Source: Bacteroidota bacterium (lineage in GTDB: Bacteria; Bacteroidota; Ignavibacteria; UBA10030; UBA8401). From it: a DNA stretch of 64,000 bases. Under the pieces are notes generated by a model, which was not told the origin of the DNA, searched no databases, and saw only the letters and a list, made by a program, of their open reading frames with translations. The stretch spans positions 14,205 to 78,204 of the forward strand of contig JBAUMC010000084.1 of NCBI GenBank assembly GCA_049578505.1, read 5' to 3'. Below are positions 17,218 to 28,602 of the stretch, piece by piece; the first letter of the stretch is position 1, and each line of letters opens with the position of its first letter. A program made the translations under genes and the position numbers.

Positions 17218-18032
17218 AAAGGCTTAAATCGTCCAATGCAAATGCCCTTCTTCGATCGAAAATCGGCAATCATCAATTGAAAATCATTGGCATTATACCA
17301 TCCCGTTACGCATCGCAACGGCTTCCTGCAAAGTCGCTGGCAGATATTTACGGAAAGCCGATGGTGCAGCGCGTCTACGAAAGAGCGAAGCGATCTCGTT
17401 TGCTCACGGATGTTATTGTTGCGACCGACGACGAGCGGATTGCTGCGGCAGTGAAAAAGTTTGGCGGCAACGCCGTCATGACGCCTGCGACGATTCAAAG
17501 CGGGAGCGACAGGGTTGCGTTCGCCGCACGATCCCTCGGCGCTGATATCGTCGTCAATGTACAGGGAGACGAGCCGTTGATCGAGCCGGACTTAATAGAC
17601 CAAACCATTCAATTGCTTCTCGATGACAATCAGCTTGTTGTTGGGACGGCGGTGAAAAAGATTGTGGCGCTGGAGGAATTGCTGACCCCAAGTGTCGTGA
17701 AAGTTGTGGTCGACAAAAATAATTTTGCTCTTTATTTTACACGGTCACTTGTTCCGTTTGTCCGCGATTCACAAGAAGTGACAGACTGGCTCAAGCATGC
17801 AGTGTTCTACAAACATTTCGGCATATATGTTTATCGTGGACCTTTCTTACAGCACTATACCTCATTGACACCAACGCCGCTTGAACAGGCCGAAAGACTG
17901 GAGCAGCTTCGCATTCTCGAATATGGATTCCGCATTAAGACGGCGGTTACCGAGCACGATTCAATCCCGGTTGACACGCAGGAAGACCTTGACAGGGTCA
18001 GAGAAAAATTCAAAATTCAAAATTCAAAATGA
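17208..18032 (+). CDS. kdsB: 3-deoxy-manno-octulosonate cytidylyltransferase (CMP-KDO synthetase)
   Basis: IIGIIPSRYASQRLPAKSLADIYGKPMVQRV and VNVQGDEPLI are KdsB signatures. The in-frame TTG at 17277 would give MKIIGIIPSRY, the usual KdsB N-terminus, so the true start may be 17277. Confidence 0.88.
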   Translation: MPIERLKSSNANALLRSKIGNHQLKIIGIIPSRYASQRLPAKSLADIYGKPMVQRVYERAKRSRLLTDVIVATDDERIAAAVKKFGGNAVMTPATIQSGSDRVAFAARSLGADIVVNVQGDEPLIEPDLIDQTIQLLLDDNQLVVGTAVKKIVALEELLTPSVVKVVVDKNNFALYFTRSLVPFVRDSQEVTDWLKHAVFYKHFGIYVYRGPFLQHYTSLTPTPLEQAERLEQLRILEYGFRIKTAVTEHDSIPVDTQEDLDRVREKFKIQNSK

Positions 18033-18039
18033 AAAATTG
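18005..18039. repeat. phased heptanucleotide tract (aaaattc x3, aaaatga, aaaattg) overlapping the kdsB stop
   Basis: Five in-phase units. Imperfectly complementary to 18067-18101. Confidence 0.8.
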
Positions 18040-18066
18040 CCCCATCTTAGAGTTGTTCTAATATCG

Positions 18067-19737
<1,671 letters not shown>

Positions 19738-19764
19738 ACATCCCGAGTTCTCGCCGCGAATAAA

Positions 19765-19793
19765 CTATGCGATTCCGGCGGACAATCGCATAG
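19765..19793. other. perfect 10-bp stem-loop downstream of pyrG
   Basis: ctatgcgatt (19765-19774) and aatcgcatag (19784-19793) with a 9-nt loop and no U-run. The role is unknown; it could be a terminator or a protective hairpin. Confidence 0.35.
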
Positions 19794-19887
19794 CACGATA
19801 CCGATTCGCGAACGACTCTCCCCTTGAAAACCGCTTCATGTTTTCGTATCATACCCTAGTGCAATATTCTCACTCTGGTAAAATTTT

Positions 19888-21303
19888 ATGGTAGTCGAAT
19901 TTATCGGCGCAACGCGAACCGTTACCGGTTCGATGCACCTTCTTCATGTCAATGGAAAGAATATTCTCCTCGATTGCGGTTTGTTTCAAGGCAAACGCGC
20001 GGATACGTTCGAGCGGAACAAAAAGTTTCCGTTTGACCCTGTATCGATCGATGCGCTGGTTTTGTCGCATGCACATATCGACCATGCCGGCAACCTTCCC
20101 AACCTTGTGAAGAGCGGCTACCGCGGTCCGATCTACTCCACTCCTGCTACACGCGACCTGTGCGATATTATGTTAAAGGACAGCGCGTACATCCAGGAAC
20201 GGGATGTTGAATTTGTCGGCAAGAAGCACAAGAAGAAACACCTTCCACCTCCCGAGCCGTTGTACACAATCGAAGATGTGGAGCCGGCATTGAGCCTCTT
20301 CCAGCCGATACGCTATCGTACCTCATTCGACATCGCACCGGGAGTTCAGGTTAAGTTTGTCGATGCAGGACATATTCTCGGTTCCGCTTCCGTTGTTTTG
20401 ACTATTCTCGAAGGGGGCGACGGAAAGGATTCGTATCGCCGCGAGATAAAATTCGGCTTCACCGGCGATCTCGGCAGGCCGAACCTTCCGATTCTCCGAG
20501 ACCCGGAATTTATGGGCGATGTTGATGCGGTCATCAGCGAGAGCACTTACGGCGGAAGATTGCACGCCTCTGTCGACGAGATGCCGCAAAAGTTCGAAGA
20601 AGTTGTAACAAGGACTGCCGAGCGTGGAGGAAAAATCGTCATACCCGCTTTCAGCGTTGGGCGGACGCAGGATTTGGTATACACCATCCATTTGCTTAAA
20701 GATCAGGGCCGTTTAAAAAATATACCGGTATATGTTGACAGCCCGCTTTCCACCAGCGCTACGGAAGTATTTCGCAAACACCCAGAATGCTTTGACGATG
20801 ACACGTTGGAATTGTTGAAACGTGAGGAGGACCCGTTCGGGTTTAACCGGCTCACGTATATTCGCGATGTTGAAGAATCGAAAAAATTGAACGATCGGGC
20901 TGAGCCGTGCATCATCATTGCATCCTCGGGAATGTGCGAGGCGGGGCGGATTCGCCATCATATCGCTAACAACATCGCCAATCCGAAAAACACTATTCTG
21001 ATCGTCGGCTATCAAGCTGAACATACTTTGGGAAGAAGACTTGTCGAGCAAGAAAAGGAAGTGACTATCTTCGGCGAAGCATACGAACGGAAGTGCGACG
21101 TTGTTGTCATGAACTCCTTCAGCGCGCATGCAGACAGAAACGAGTTGCTCGCGTATTTCGACCATTTTGACAGAAAGCGGCTAAAGAATATCTACCTCGT
21201 CCACGGAGACCCTGACCAATCCGAAAAACTTTCGGGAGGGTTGAAAGAACAGGGGTTCAGAAATGTCGATATCCCCGTCCGGCTTCAGAAATTCGAGGTA
21301 TAG
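19888..21303 (+). CDS. MBL-fold beta-CASP family ribonuclease/hydrolase
   Basis: The metallo-beta-lactamase motif LSHAHIDHAGNLP, a beta-CASP region (ESTYGGR ... IPAFSVGRTQ) and a C-terminal FSAHAD. Confidence 0.8.
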   Translation: MVVEFIGATRTVTGSMHLLHVNGKNILLDCGLFQGKRADTFERNKKFPFDPVSIDALVLSHAHIDHAGNLPNLVKSGYRGPIYSTPATRDLCDIMLKDSAYIQERDVEFVGKKHKKKHLPPPEPLYTIEDVEPALSLFQPIRYRTSFDIAPGVQVKFVDAGHILGSASVVLTILEGGDGKDSYRREIKFGFTGDLGRPNLPILRDPEFMGDVDAVISESTYGGRLHASVDEMPQKFEEVVTRTAERGGKIVIPAFSVGRTQDLVYTIHLLKDQGRLKNIPVYVDSPLSTSATEVFRKHPECFDDDTLELLKREEDPFGFNRLTYIRDVEESKKLNDRAEPCIIIASSGMCEAGRIRHHIANNIANPKNTILIVGYQAEHTLGRRLVEQEKEVTIFGEAYERKCDVVVMNSFSAHADRNELLAYFDHFDRKRLKNIYLVHGDPDQSEKLSGGLKEQGFRNVDIPVRLQKFEV

Positions 21304-21575
21304 TTTTTATCGCGGAAGCATGAATACATGGTGCAACAATCATTGGCCGTTTGGGCACGCTCACAACGCGGCATCACCGGTTTCCTGCCGCAGGGCGAAA
21401 AAGCTGCTCGACTGCCAACCGATGCACACCGCACCCGAAATTCTTTTCTCATGATGCCGCCACCTATCGTTCCCGGTATCGATGCCGGTGCCGACCGCAC
21501 GCCGTCCGTTGCCTTCTTTTCGTTGTCCCTCGATGTTTTCGTCCTCAAATATTTGTCTTCGCGTGAAGAGATCGG

Positions 21576-23501
21576 ATGAAAACTCTCGCTTCACATTCGG
21601 AGCTCCTGTATCTCGTTGTCATCCTTTTGGCCTTTCCGGTAATCGCCTTTGCTCAAGCCGACACGCTGAGGTATCTCATTCCAGCGTCCCCGGATTCGAA
21701 CGATGCCGCCGTTCGCTTTGAGCGAAATCTGAACACCTATCTCTGGAATTTTAAAGCCGACTACAGCGAACGGGACAGCGTATTTGCAGCCGATGTGCAC
21801 GATGCGTACAGTTCATCGTTTATTAGACAGGATCAGAACTCGCTACGTGATGAACAAACATTCTTGTTGAATGCATCGCGAAAGATTTCTTCGGCTCTTG
21901 ACCTGGATCTCGAAGCCACCTCGTTCATTCTTTCAGACAATCAATCGCTCGATGTCAGCAATGCAGCCGTTCACACCGGACTCATCGGTTTTTCGATACG
22001 GCCTGTATCGTACATCTCTGTTTCTCCGCTCGTCGGCTTCCGTTTTGACCGCCAACAAGATCAAACAGACGAAGGCTGGAATTACAAACTGTCGTCCCAG
22101 TTGGATACCGTCGATATCGACGGATATCAAACGCTGGCGTCGGTGCGGTTGAACGTGAGTAATTTATCTCCGCGTTATTATCGCAACAACGGGGCCCAGT
22201 TGTTTTTCCAAAAGGAATTTCTCGAAGGGTCGTTTGACAGTCTTCGGTTTCAACTGTCGAATAATCGATGGGATTTTTACGTCCCCGCTGACAGCGTGAT
22301 GCAAAAAGAGTTCGGGGTAAGATACAATATTCGAAGCAGGGTTGATGATATCTATAACGTGTCAAACACTCTTCACTACGCAGTCGGGAAGCGGCTTTCG
22401 GCGGTTGTACAAACCCTCGTGGAGACGAGAACGATCAGCAATGCGTATCGGTACAAAGCGTTATCGGAACCGACGCAGATTCCGTACGATTTTACCGTTC
22501 AGGAGCAACAGCTCGAAGGAGGGATCGACATCAACTACCGCGATGCCAATGACGTCTTTGCGTCGGTCGGCATCCATGGTAGCGACCGCGACGAAAGGCA
22601 TATTCTTGAAAAAATCAGCGGAGTGGATCCGGATATTCAGCAAAGTGCATCTGAACAGGAATCGCAATTAGACAATGACGCGCGCCGAACATCGTTGCGC
22701 GGCATTTTTTCAATGCCGGTTTCTTCAAGCGACTTTATTTCTCTCGAGAGTTCTGCCGGTATTCTCCGTTACGATACTCCCGATTCAACGAACACCGACG
22801 ACCGGGACGAGCTGCTCATCACTTTTACCGGCAGGGAATCGCATCGCTGGAATGAATATCTGCAGGTCAACGTTGTCGCCGAGGTAACGCTGAATCATGT
22901 TGTCTACTTGTTTGCAGACCGAAGCGCCAACAACAACTGGAACCGTATTTTTCGATTGGCCCCGGAATTAGTCTACACCCCCTCGTCTTCCCTACAATCC
23001 GTCAACACCTTCGAGGTGCTTGCCAATTATACCGTATTCGATTTTGAGACGCTTGTGCCGACGGTGGAAAGCTATTCGTACAGACAATTTGCATTTCTCG
23101 ATTCGACGTCGTATGATATGACTTCCCGCATGGGACTTGACGTTTTCTTTCACCTGCGGCTGTACGAGCGCGGCGAATTGCAATGGCAGGAGTTTTCGGA
23201 ACGGCCCCAGCAATACTTTCAGGAAGTAACTTTTTCCCCGGCGCTACGGTACACCATAGAGGAGAAGCTGCGGTGCGCGGCGGGCTTCCGTTCGTTCGTG
23301 CAGAACACGTTTCAGTATGAGGGAACGACGCGTGTGCCGAACGGAAAGTATTTCAGCTACGGACCGACGACGTCAATCTTGCTGATGGTGCCGGCAGGGT
23401 GGCGGCTCGAAATTCAGGGATGGGTAGAGTATCAAACGGCGACAAACCAGCCAACAAGGGAAGTGTCAAATATTATGATGTCGGCAAAAGCCAATTTTTA
23501 A
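21576..23501 (+). CDS. large predicted outer-membrane beta-barrel protein, function unknown
   Basis: Signal peptide ...LAFPVIAFAQ. 641 aa of beta-rich, Tyr/Asn/Ser-rich sequence ending ...SAKANF (terminal Phe). Confidence 0.6.
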   Translation: MKTLASHSELLYLVVILLAFPVIAFAQADTLRYLIPASPDSNDAAVRFERNLNTYLWNFKADYSERDSVFAADVHDAYSSSFIRQDQNSLRDEQTFLLNASRKISSALDLDLEATSFILSDNQSLDVSNAAVHTGLIGFSIRPVSYISVSPLVGFRFDRQQDQTDEGWNYKLSSQLDTVDIDGYQTLASVRLNVSNLSPRYYRNNGAQLFFQKEFLEGSFDSLRFQLSNNRWDFYVPADSVMQKEFGVRYNIRSRVDDIYNVSNTLHYAVGKRLSAVVQTLVETRTISNAYRYKALSEPTQIPYDFTVQEQQLEGGIDINYRDANDVFASVGIHGSDRDERHILEKISGVDPDIQQSASEQESQLDNDARRTSLRGIFSMPVSSSDFISLESSAGILRYDTPDSTNTDDRDELLITFTGRESHRWNEYLQVNVVAEVTLNHVVYLFADRSANNNWNRIFRLAPELVYTPSSSLQSVNTFEVLANYTVFDFETLVPTVESYSYRQFAFLDSTSYDMTSRMGLDVFFHLRLYERGELQWQEFSERPQQYFQEVTFSPALRYTIEEKLRCAAGFRSFVQNTFQYEGTTRVPNGKYFSYGPTTSILLMVPAGWRLEIQGWVEYQTATNQPTREVSNIMMSAKANF

Positions 23502-23513
23502 AAAGGATTTCCA

Positions 23514-23942
23514 GTGGCAGAACACTCTCGGCGACGGGCGGCGCAAAAAGTTTTTCAGATCACGATGGGAAGCGACCCCAAAAATGTCCATCGCGTCGAA
23601 GAATTTTTGCTGAAGATGAGCTCGGCATTGAAGATCGATGACGAAAAGTTCGGCTCATTGCTCGTCGTTGTAACCGAGGCTGTGAATAATGCAATCATCC
23701 ATGGGAATAAGAGAAATCCCTCAAAAAAAGTAGTCGTGACGTGCCGACGCCGCGGAAATGTTCTGATCGTAAGAGTCAAAGACGAAGGAAAAGGATTCAA
23801 CCCGCAAACCGTACCCAATCCGATTCATGAGGATAATTTATTGCGCGAGAGCGGAAGGGGAGTTTTTTTGATGCATCAATTGATGGAGAAGGTTAGTTTT
23901 AACAAAAACGGGAATGAAGTAACGATGATGATGAAGATGTGA
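23514..23942 (+). CDS. anti-sigma regulatory factor / Ser-protein kinase (RsbW/SpoIIAB-like, HATPase_c)
   Basis: N-box VTEAVNNAIIHGN, G1 VKDEGKGFNP and G2 GRGVFLM. The GTG at 23514 or the ATG at 23565 are possible starts. Confidence 0.75.
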   Translation: MAEHSRRRAAQKVFQITMGSDPKNVHRVEEFLLKMSSALKIDDEKFGSLLVVVTEAVNNAIIHGNKRNPSKKVVVTCRRRGNVLIVRVKDEGKGFNPQTVPNPIHEDNLLRESGRGVFLMHQLMEKVSFNKNGNEVTMMMKM

Positions 23943-23976
23943 TTTCTTATTCCCGGACAAGAGCGGCAAAGCAGGC

Positions 23977-24007
23977 GACCCTCACCTCCAAAGTGAGGGT
24001 CACTTTT

Positions 24008-24009
<2 letters not shown>
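23977..24009 (+). terminator. intrinsic terminator between the convergent anti-sigma-kinase gene and mdh
   Basis: gaccctcac (23977-23985) pairs with gtgagggtc (23993-24001), followed by acttttttat. It overlaps the mdh stop codon. Confidence 0.7.
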
Positions 24010-25278
<1,269 letters not shown>

Positions 25279-25292
25279 GCTTCAAATCTCCG

Positions 25293-25610
25293 TTATGCTA
25301 TCGATGTAATTTCTATATGAGTGTATTGCTGTCGGTGGCCGCGTTTCACGCGGTAGCCTTTGCGCTTCTTCTTTTTGAAGACAACGACCTTTTCGTCCTT
25401 TACGTGGGCAAGCACTTTTGCGTTCACCGAAGCACCCGAAACAACAGGCGCACCGATTTTTACCTCTTTATCATTGGAAAGCAAGAGCACCTTGTCGAAT
25501 TTCACACTGCTGCCGACTTCATTTTCCAGCCTCGGAACATAGAGTTTTTCCTCGGGATTCACTTTATATTGCTGCCCGGCGATCTCAACGACTGCAAACA
25601 TCTGGTACAT
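25293..25610 (-). CDS. rplU: 50S ribosomal protein L21
   Basis: MFAVVEIAGQQYKV ... KKKRKGYRVKRGHRQ. Possible starts are 25610 and the Met at 25601. Confidence 0.95.
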   Translation of the reverse strand: MYQMFAVVEIAGQQYKVNPEEKLYVPRLENEVGSSVKFDKVLLLSNDKEVKIGAPVVSGASVNAKVLAHVKDEKVVVFKKKKRKGYRVKRGHRQQYTHIEITSIA

Positions 25611-25649
25611 CCTTCCTCAAAAATGATTTTCTTTCAAAATTGGACTACT

Positions 25650-25678
25650 ATAATACCGAAAAAATGCAAAAAAGTCAA
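25650..25678 (-). promoter_or_regulatory. near-consensus sigma70-type promoter of rplU-rpmA
   Basis: On the minus strand: TTGACT, 17-nt spacer, TATTAT, about 35-40 nt upstream of the rplU start. Confidence 0.55.
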
Positions 25679-25780
25679 CGGTAAAAACATGAATCGGTGA
25701 GTCTATTTACGATCTTCACGTTATCCGGCAGGTTTCTGGCCTTCGGAATTGGGTATTCACACTGTCCCTCTGTAAAAATA

Positions 25781-26049
25781 AGTGCTGGCTCAATTTGTCA
25801 TTCCCGCGTGCCAATGGCATCCTCCGAAGGAGTCCTTTGGACCTTTGGGAAAAGCGGGTCGAAGACTCCCAACGGGTTTATCGACCCGTAGGGTCGTTCC
25901 ACAAATCCACGATTCGTAGAATCGTAGATAGACGACTCGGCGAGAATCCAAATATTCACTTTTTACTGCACAATGGATGCCCACTTTTCCCGAAGGGATT
26001 CCTTCGGAACGTGGGCATGACATATTGTTTCCCAAATTGAGCCATCACC
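25781..26049. mobile_element. MITE-like element (family copy 2, long variant, 269 bp)
   Basis: The termini are agtgctggctcaatttg on the left and the reverse complement of ggtgatggctcaatttg on the right (15 of 17 match). The flanking 8-mers taaaaata / tgaaaata match at 7 of 8. Internal hairpins are present (tccgaagga, cccgaaggg...ccttcgg). The ORF-track entries inside it are judged spurious. Confidence 0.65.
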
Positions 26050-26064
26050 TGAAAATATACACTC

Positions 26065-26093
26065 TTGACTTATTCTTTACGAAAAGATAAATT
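26065..26093 (+). promoter_or_regulatory. candidate sigma70-type promoter upstream of the cytochrome c operon
   Basis: TTGACT (26065-26070), 17-nt spacer, TAAATT (26088-26093). This would imply a leader of about 230 nt. Confidence 0.3.
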
Positions 26094-26328
26094 AACGCAC
26101 AATTGTGGGCAGAGGAGAGGGACATTCAAGGCACTGTAGGGCTTTGAATTCACATTGTAGGGCGATTGACCCAGATCAATCATATCCAACTTAAAATTAA
26201 CTAAGCACGCGCGGAATTATTGTTTTTTCCTGCAACGGTGTGATTGTTCCACATTTGTGAACGAAGAGGTATGTTTTCATGACAGTCGTGCACGAAATAC
26301 GTTCGCATTTTCATCTTACGGAGGTGCA

Positions 26329-27702
26329 ATGAACACATTTTTCAGAATGATGCTAGTATGTTTTGCGGTATGGCTGTCGGCCGCTCTGTTTACTCTGGCA
26401 TTTTGTGCGCCTGCAGACAAAGAGGCCGAGTCAAAACAGGCAATGGGAAAATCCATCTATGAAGCACGTTGCGCTCCGTGTCATGGTGTGGATGGAAAGG
26501 GGGATGGAGCCACAGCAGCACTATTGAATCCCCGACCGCGGAATTTTACCTCCGGTATGTTCAAGTTTCGTTCCACGGAAAGCGGCAGCCTTCCCACAGA
26601 TGAGGATCTCATCTCGACGGTAAAAAACGGCTTACATGGAACCTCGATGCCCGATTGGGCGCCGTTCATCACCGGCGATTCGTTGAAGGAAGTTGTCGAG
26701 TATGTGAAACGATTCTCTCCCCGTTTTCAATATGATAAGCCCCGACCAGTTCGTCTGGGAACTCCCGTTCCGTTTACGGCAATAAGCGTATCGGCCGGTA
26801 AAAAAGTCTATGCCAAATTGCAATGCGCGGATTGCCACGGTACCGACGGGGCAGGAACGGATGCGGTTGCGAAAGATTTTCAGGATGAATGGAATTTTGA
26901 AACCAATGCTGTGAACTTGACCGAACCCTGGACATTCCGGGGAGGGGCAACTGCGCGTGACATCTATCTCCGGTTTAGGACCGGCGTTGATGGCACCCCG
27001 ATGCCGTCGTATGCAGGCGCTGCGAGCGATAAAGATATGTGGAGCCTCGCAAATTACATCGTTTCGATCGCCCGTAAGCCGGTCTGGAAAATGAATGAAA
27101 CTGAAATCAATGAATTCTACACGAAACTCGATGCACAGGCAAAAGCTGACCCTGTTCGACGGGGAAAATATCTCGTCAGGAGTATCGGATGCGCAGGGTG
27201 CCATTCCATGTACACCGAAGACCTCCGCGTCGCAGAGGGAACACAATTCTCCGGAGGATTGACGTTTGACCTCTATCCGTTCGGCAAATACGTCACACGA
27301 AATCTCACCTCGGACAAAGAAACCGGGTTAGGGAATTGGACTGATCAGGAAATAAAAAGGGCGTTCACTCAAGGAATATCTCGCGACGGAAGAAAGTTTC
27401 TTCCGTTTCCAATGCCGTGGGCTGCTTTCGCTGCTTTGAGAGAAGAAGATCAAAACGCCATTGTCGCGTACTTGCGGACCATTCCCCCTATCCATCATAA
27501 GATCCCCGACCCTGAGAAGCTTAACATCTTCTCCTACCTGTGGGGAAAATTTAGAATGTTGATTCTTAAAGAACAGATCCCGGCGGCGGCATATCCTATG
27601 AAAGAAACTGATGAGGAGCAAAAGCCGGTGTCTCAAAATTTTCCCGGCCAGGCGAAGAATTTCGCCGTGCGCGCTGATGGTACGAAGGAGGTGCAACCAT
27701 GA
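26329..27702 (+). CDS. triheme c-type cytochrome (three cytochrome c domains), secreted/anchored
   Basis: Three CxxCH motifs (CAPCH, CADCH, CAGCH). The Met at 26329 follows GGAGGTG and gives the signal peptide MNTFFRMMLVCFAVWLSAAL. The longest ORF begins at 26257. Confidence 0.85.
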   Translation: MNTFFRMMLVCFAVWLSAALFTLAFCAPADKEAESKQAMGKSIYEARCAPCHGVDGKGDGATAALLNPRPRNFTSGMFKFRSTESGSLPTDEDLISTVKNGLHGTSMPDWAPFITGDSLKEVVEYVKRFSPRFQYDKPRPVRLGTPVPFTAISVSAGKKVYAKLQCADCHGTDGAGTDAVAKDFQDEWNFETNAVNLTEPWTFRGGATARDIYLRFRTGVDGTPMPSYAGAASDKDMWSLANYIVSIARKPVWKMNETEINEFYTKLDAQAKADPVRRGKYLVRSIGCAGCHSMYTEDLRVAEGTQFSGGLTFDLYPFGKYVTRNLTSDKETGLGNWTDQEIKRAFTQGISRDGRKFLPFPMPWAAFAALREEDQNAIVAYLRTIPPIHHKIPDPEKLNIFSYLWGKFRMLILKEQIPAAAYPMKETDEEQKPVSQNFPGQAKNFAVRADGTKEVQP

Positions 27703-28307
27703 AGAAGATATTAAAAAGGGTCGTTATCGTAGTTGTGTGTTTGATAGTCGTAGGATTTCTTGCGTTCCTTTATCTTATTCCTCCGTTCGATTTGCTTCCA
27801 CGCGAGGCATTTAGCCATCCTCACTTAGAAGCCGTAGCCTCGTCTTTGGAGAAAATCGACGACCCTGTCGAGCGGGCACTTGCCCAGCGCGGACAATACA
27901 TCATGTCCTATTCGGATTGCAGCGATTGCCATACCCCGCAAGGAGACCAGGGACCGAATTGGAGCGAATTCCTTGCGGGGGGTGCGAAGTTTGATGTCAA
28001 AAAATCGGGGATATCTTTCTCACGCAATTTGACTCCCGATAAAGAAACAGGACTTGCGCGAAGAACCGATGAAGAGGTAAAACGGGTATTGCGGAGCGGG
28101 GTGTTTCATGACGGGCGGGTGTTTGAGTTGACAACAATGCCATGGCCGGGCTTTTCCAATATGACCGAAGAAGACCGCTGCGCGCTGGTCGTTTATCTCC
28201 GTCATATCAAACCGGTCAAGCACAATGTCCCTGAGTGGTCGCCGAGAAGTTCGGGGGCTCCGTACTTCTTTTATGCGTACGACTACGCCGAGCATGAGAA
28301 AAAGTGA
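27699..28307 (+). CDS. membrane-anchored monoheme c-type cytochrome (paralog of domain 3 of the upstream gene)
   Basis: One CSDCH motif and an N-terminal TM helix. LTPDKETGLARRTDEEVKRVL...MPWPGF...EDRCALVVYLRHIKPVKH parallels LTSDKETGLGNWTDQEIKRAF...MPWAAF...EDQNAIVAYLRTIPPIHH. ATGA overlap with the upstream stop. Confidence 0.85.
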   Translation: MKKILKRVVIVVVCLIVVGFLAFLYLIPPFDLLPREAFSHPHLEAVASSLEKIDDPVERALAQRGQYIMSYSDCSDCHTPQGDQGPNWSEFLAGGAKFDVKKSGISFSRNLTPDKETGLARRTDEEVKRVLRSGVFHDGRVFELTTMPWPGFSNMTEEDRCALVVYLRHIKPVKHNVPEWSPRSSGAPYFFYAYDYAEHEKK

Positions 28308-28395
28308 AACTTGTGGAATATGTGGGACTAACGTTTCGCGCAAAGCTCGCGAGATGAAAAACAGGTTACATCAAGAAACCTTGGCGGTTTTGGGG

Positions 28396-28523
28396 AGTGG
28401 TGCACATTGAGTATTCTAAATAAAGAAAGATTTGTCATGCCCGCGAAAGCGGGCATCCAGATCTAATTGAATGGATTCCGGCTTTCGCCGGAATGACATT
28501 TGCTCTGAAAGCATGCCACTACC
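28396..28523. mobile_element. MITE-like element (family copy 5, diverged)
   Basis: agtggtgcacattgag...tttgtcatgcccgcgaaagcgggcatcc...ggattccggctttcgccggaatgacatttg...gccactacc. The right end, reverse-complemented, is GGTAGTGGC, like the IS inverted repeat. No clear target duplication. Confidence 0.5.
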
Positions 28524-28602
28524 GGGCTTTGCCTCTTGGCGAGAGTCCAAATTTTAAAGGTTGGGAAAAAATACGCATCTCTAGCAAAAGAAAGGAATCA
28601 CC

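Noticed and set aside
25697-26040. Three 64-81-aa ORFs on both strands
   Set aside because: All lie within or across the 269-bp MITE copy and overlap each other. They are repeat-derived pseudo-ORFs.
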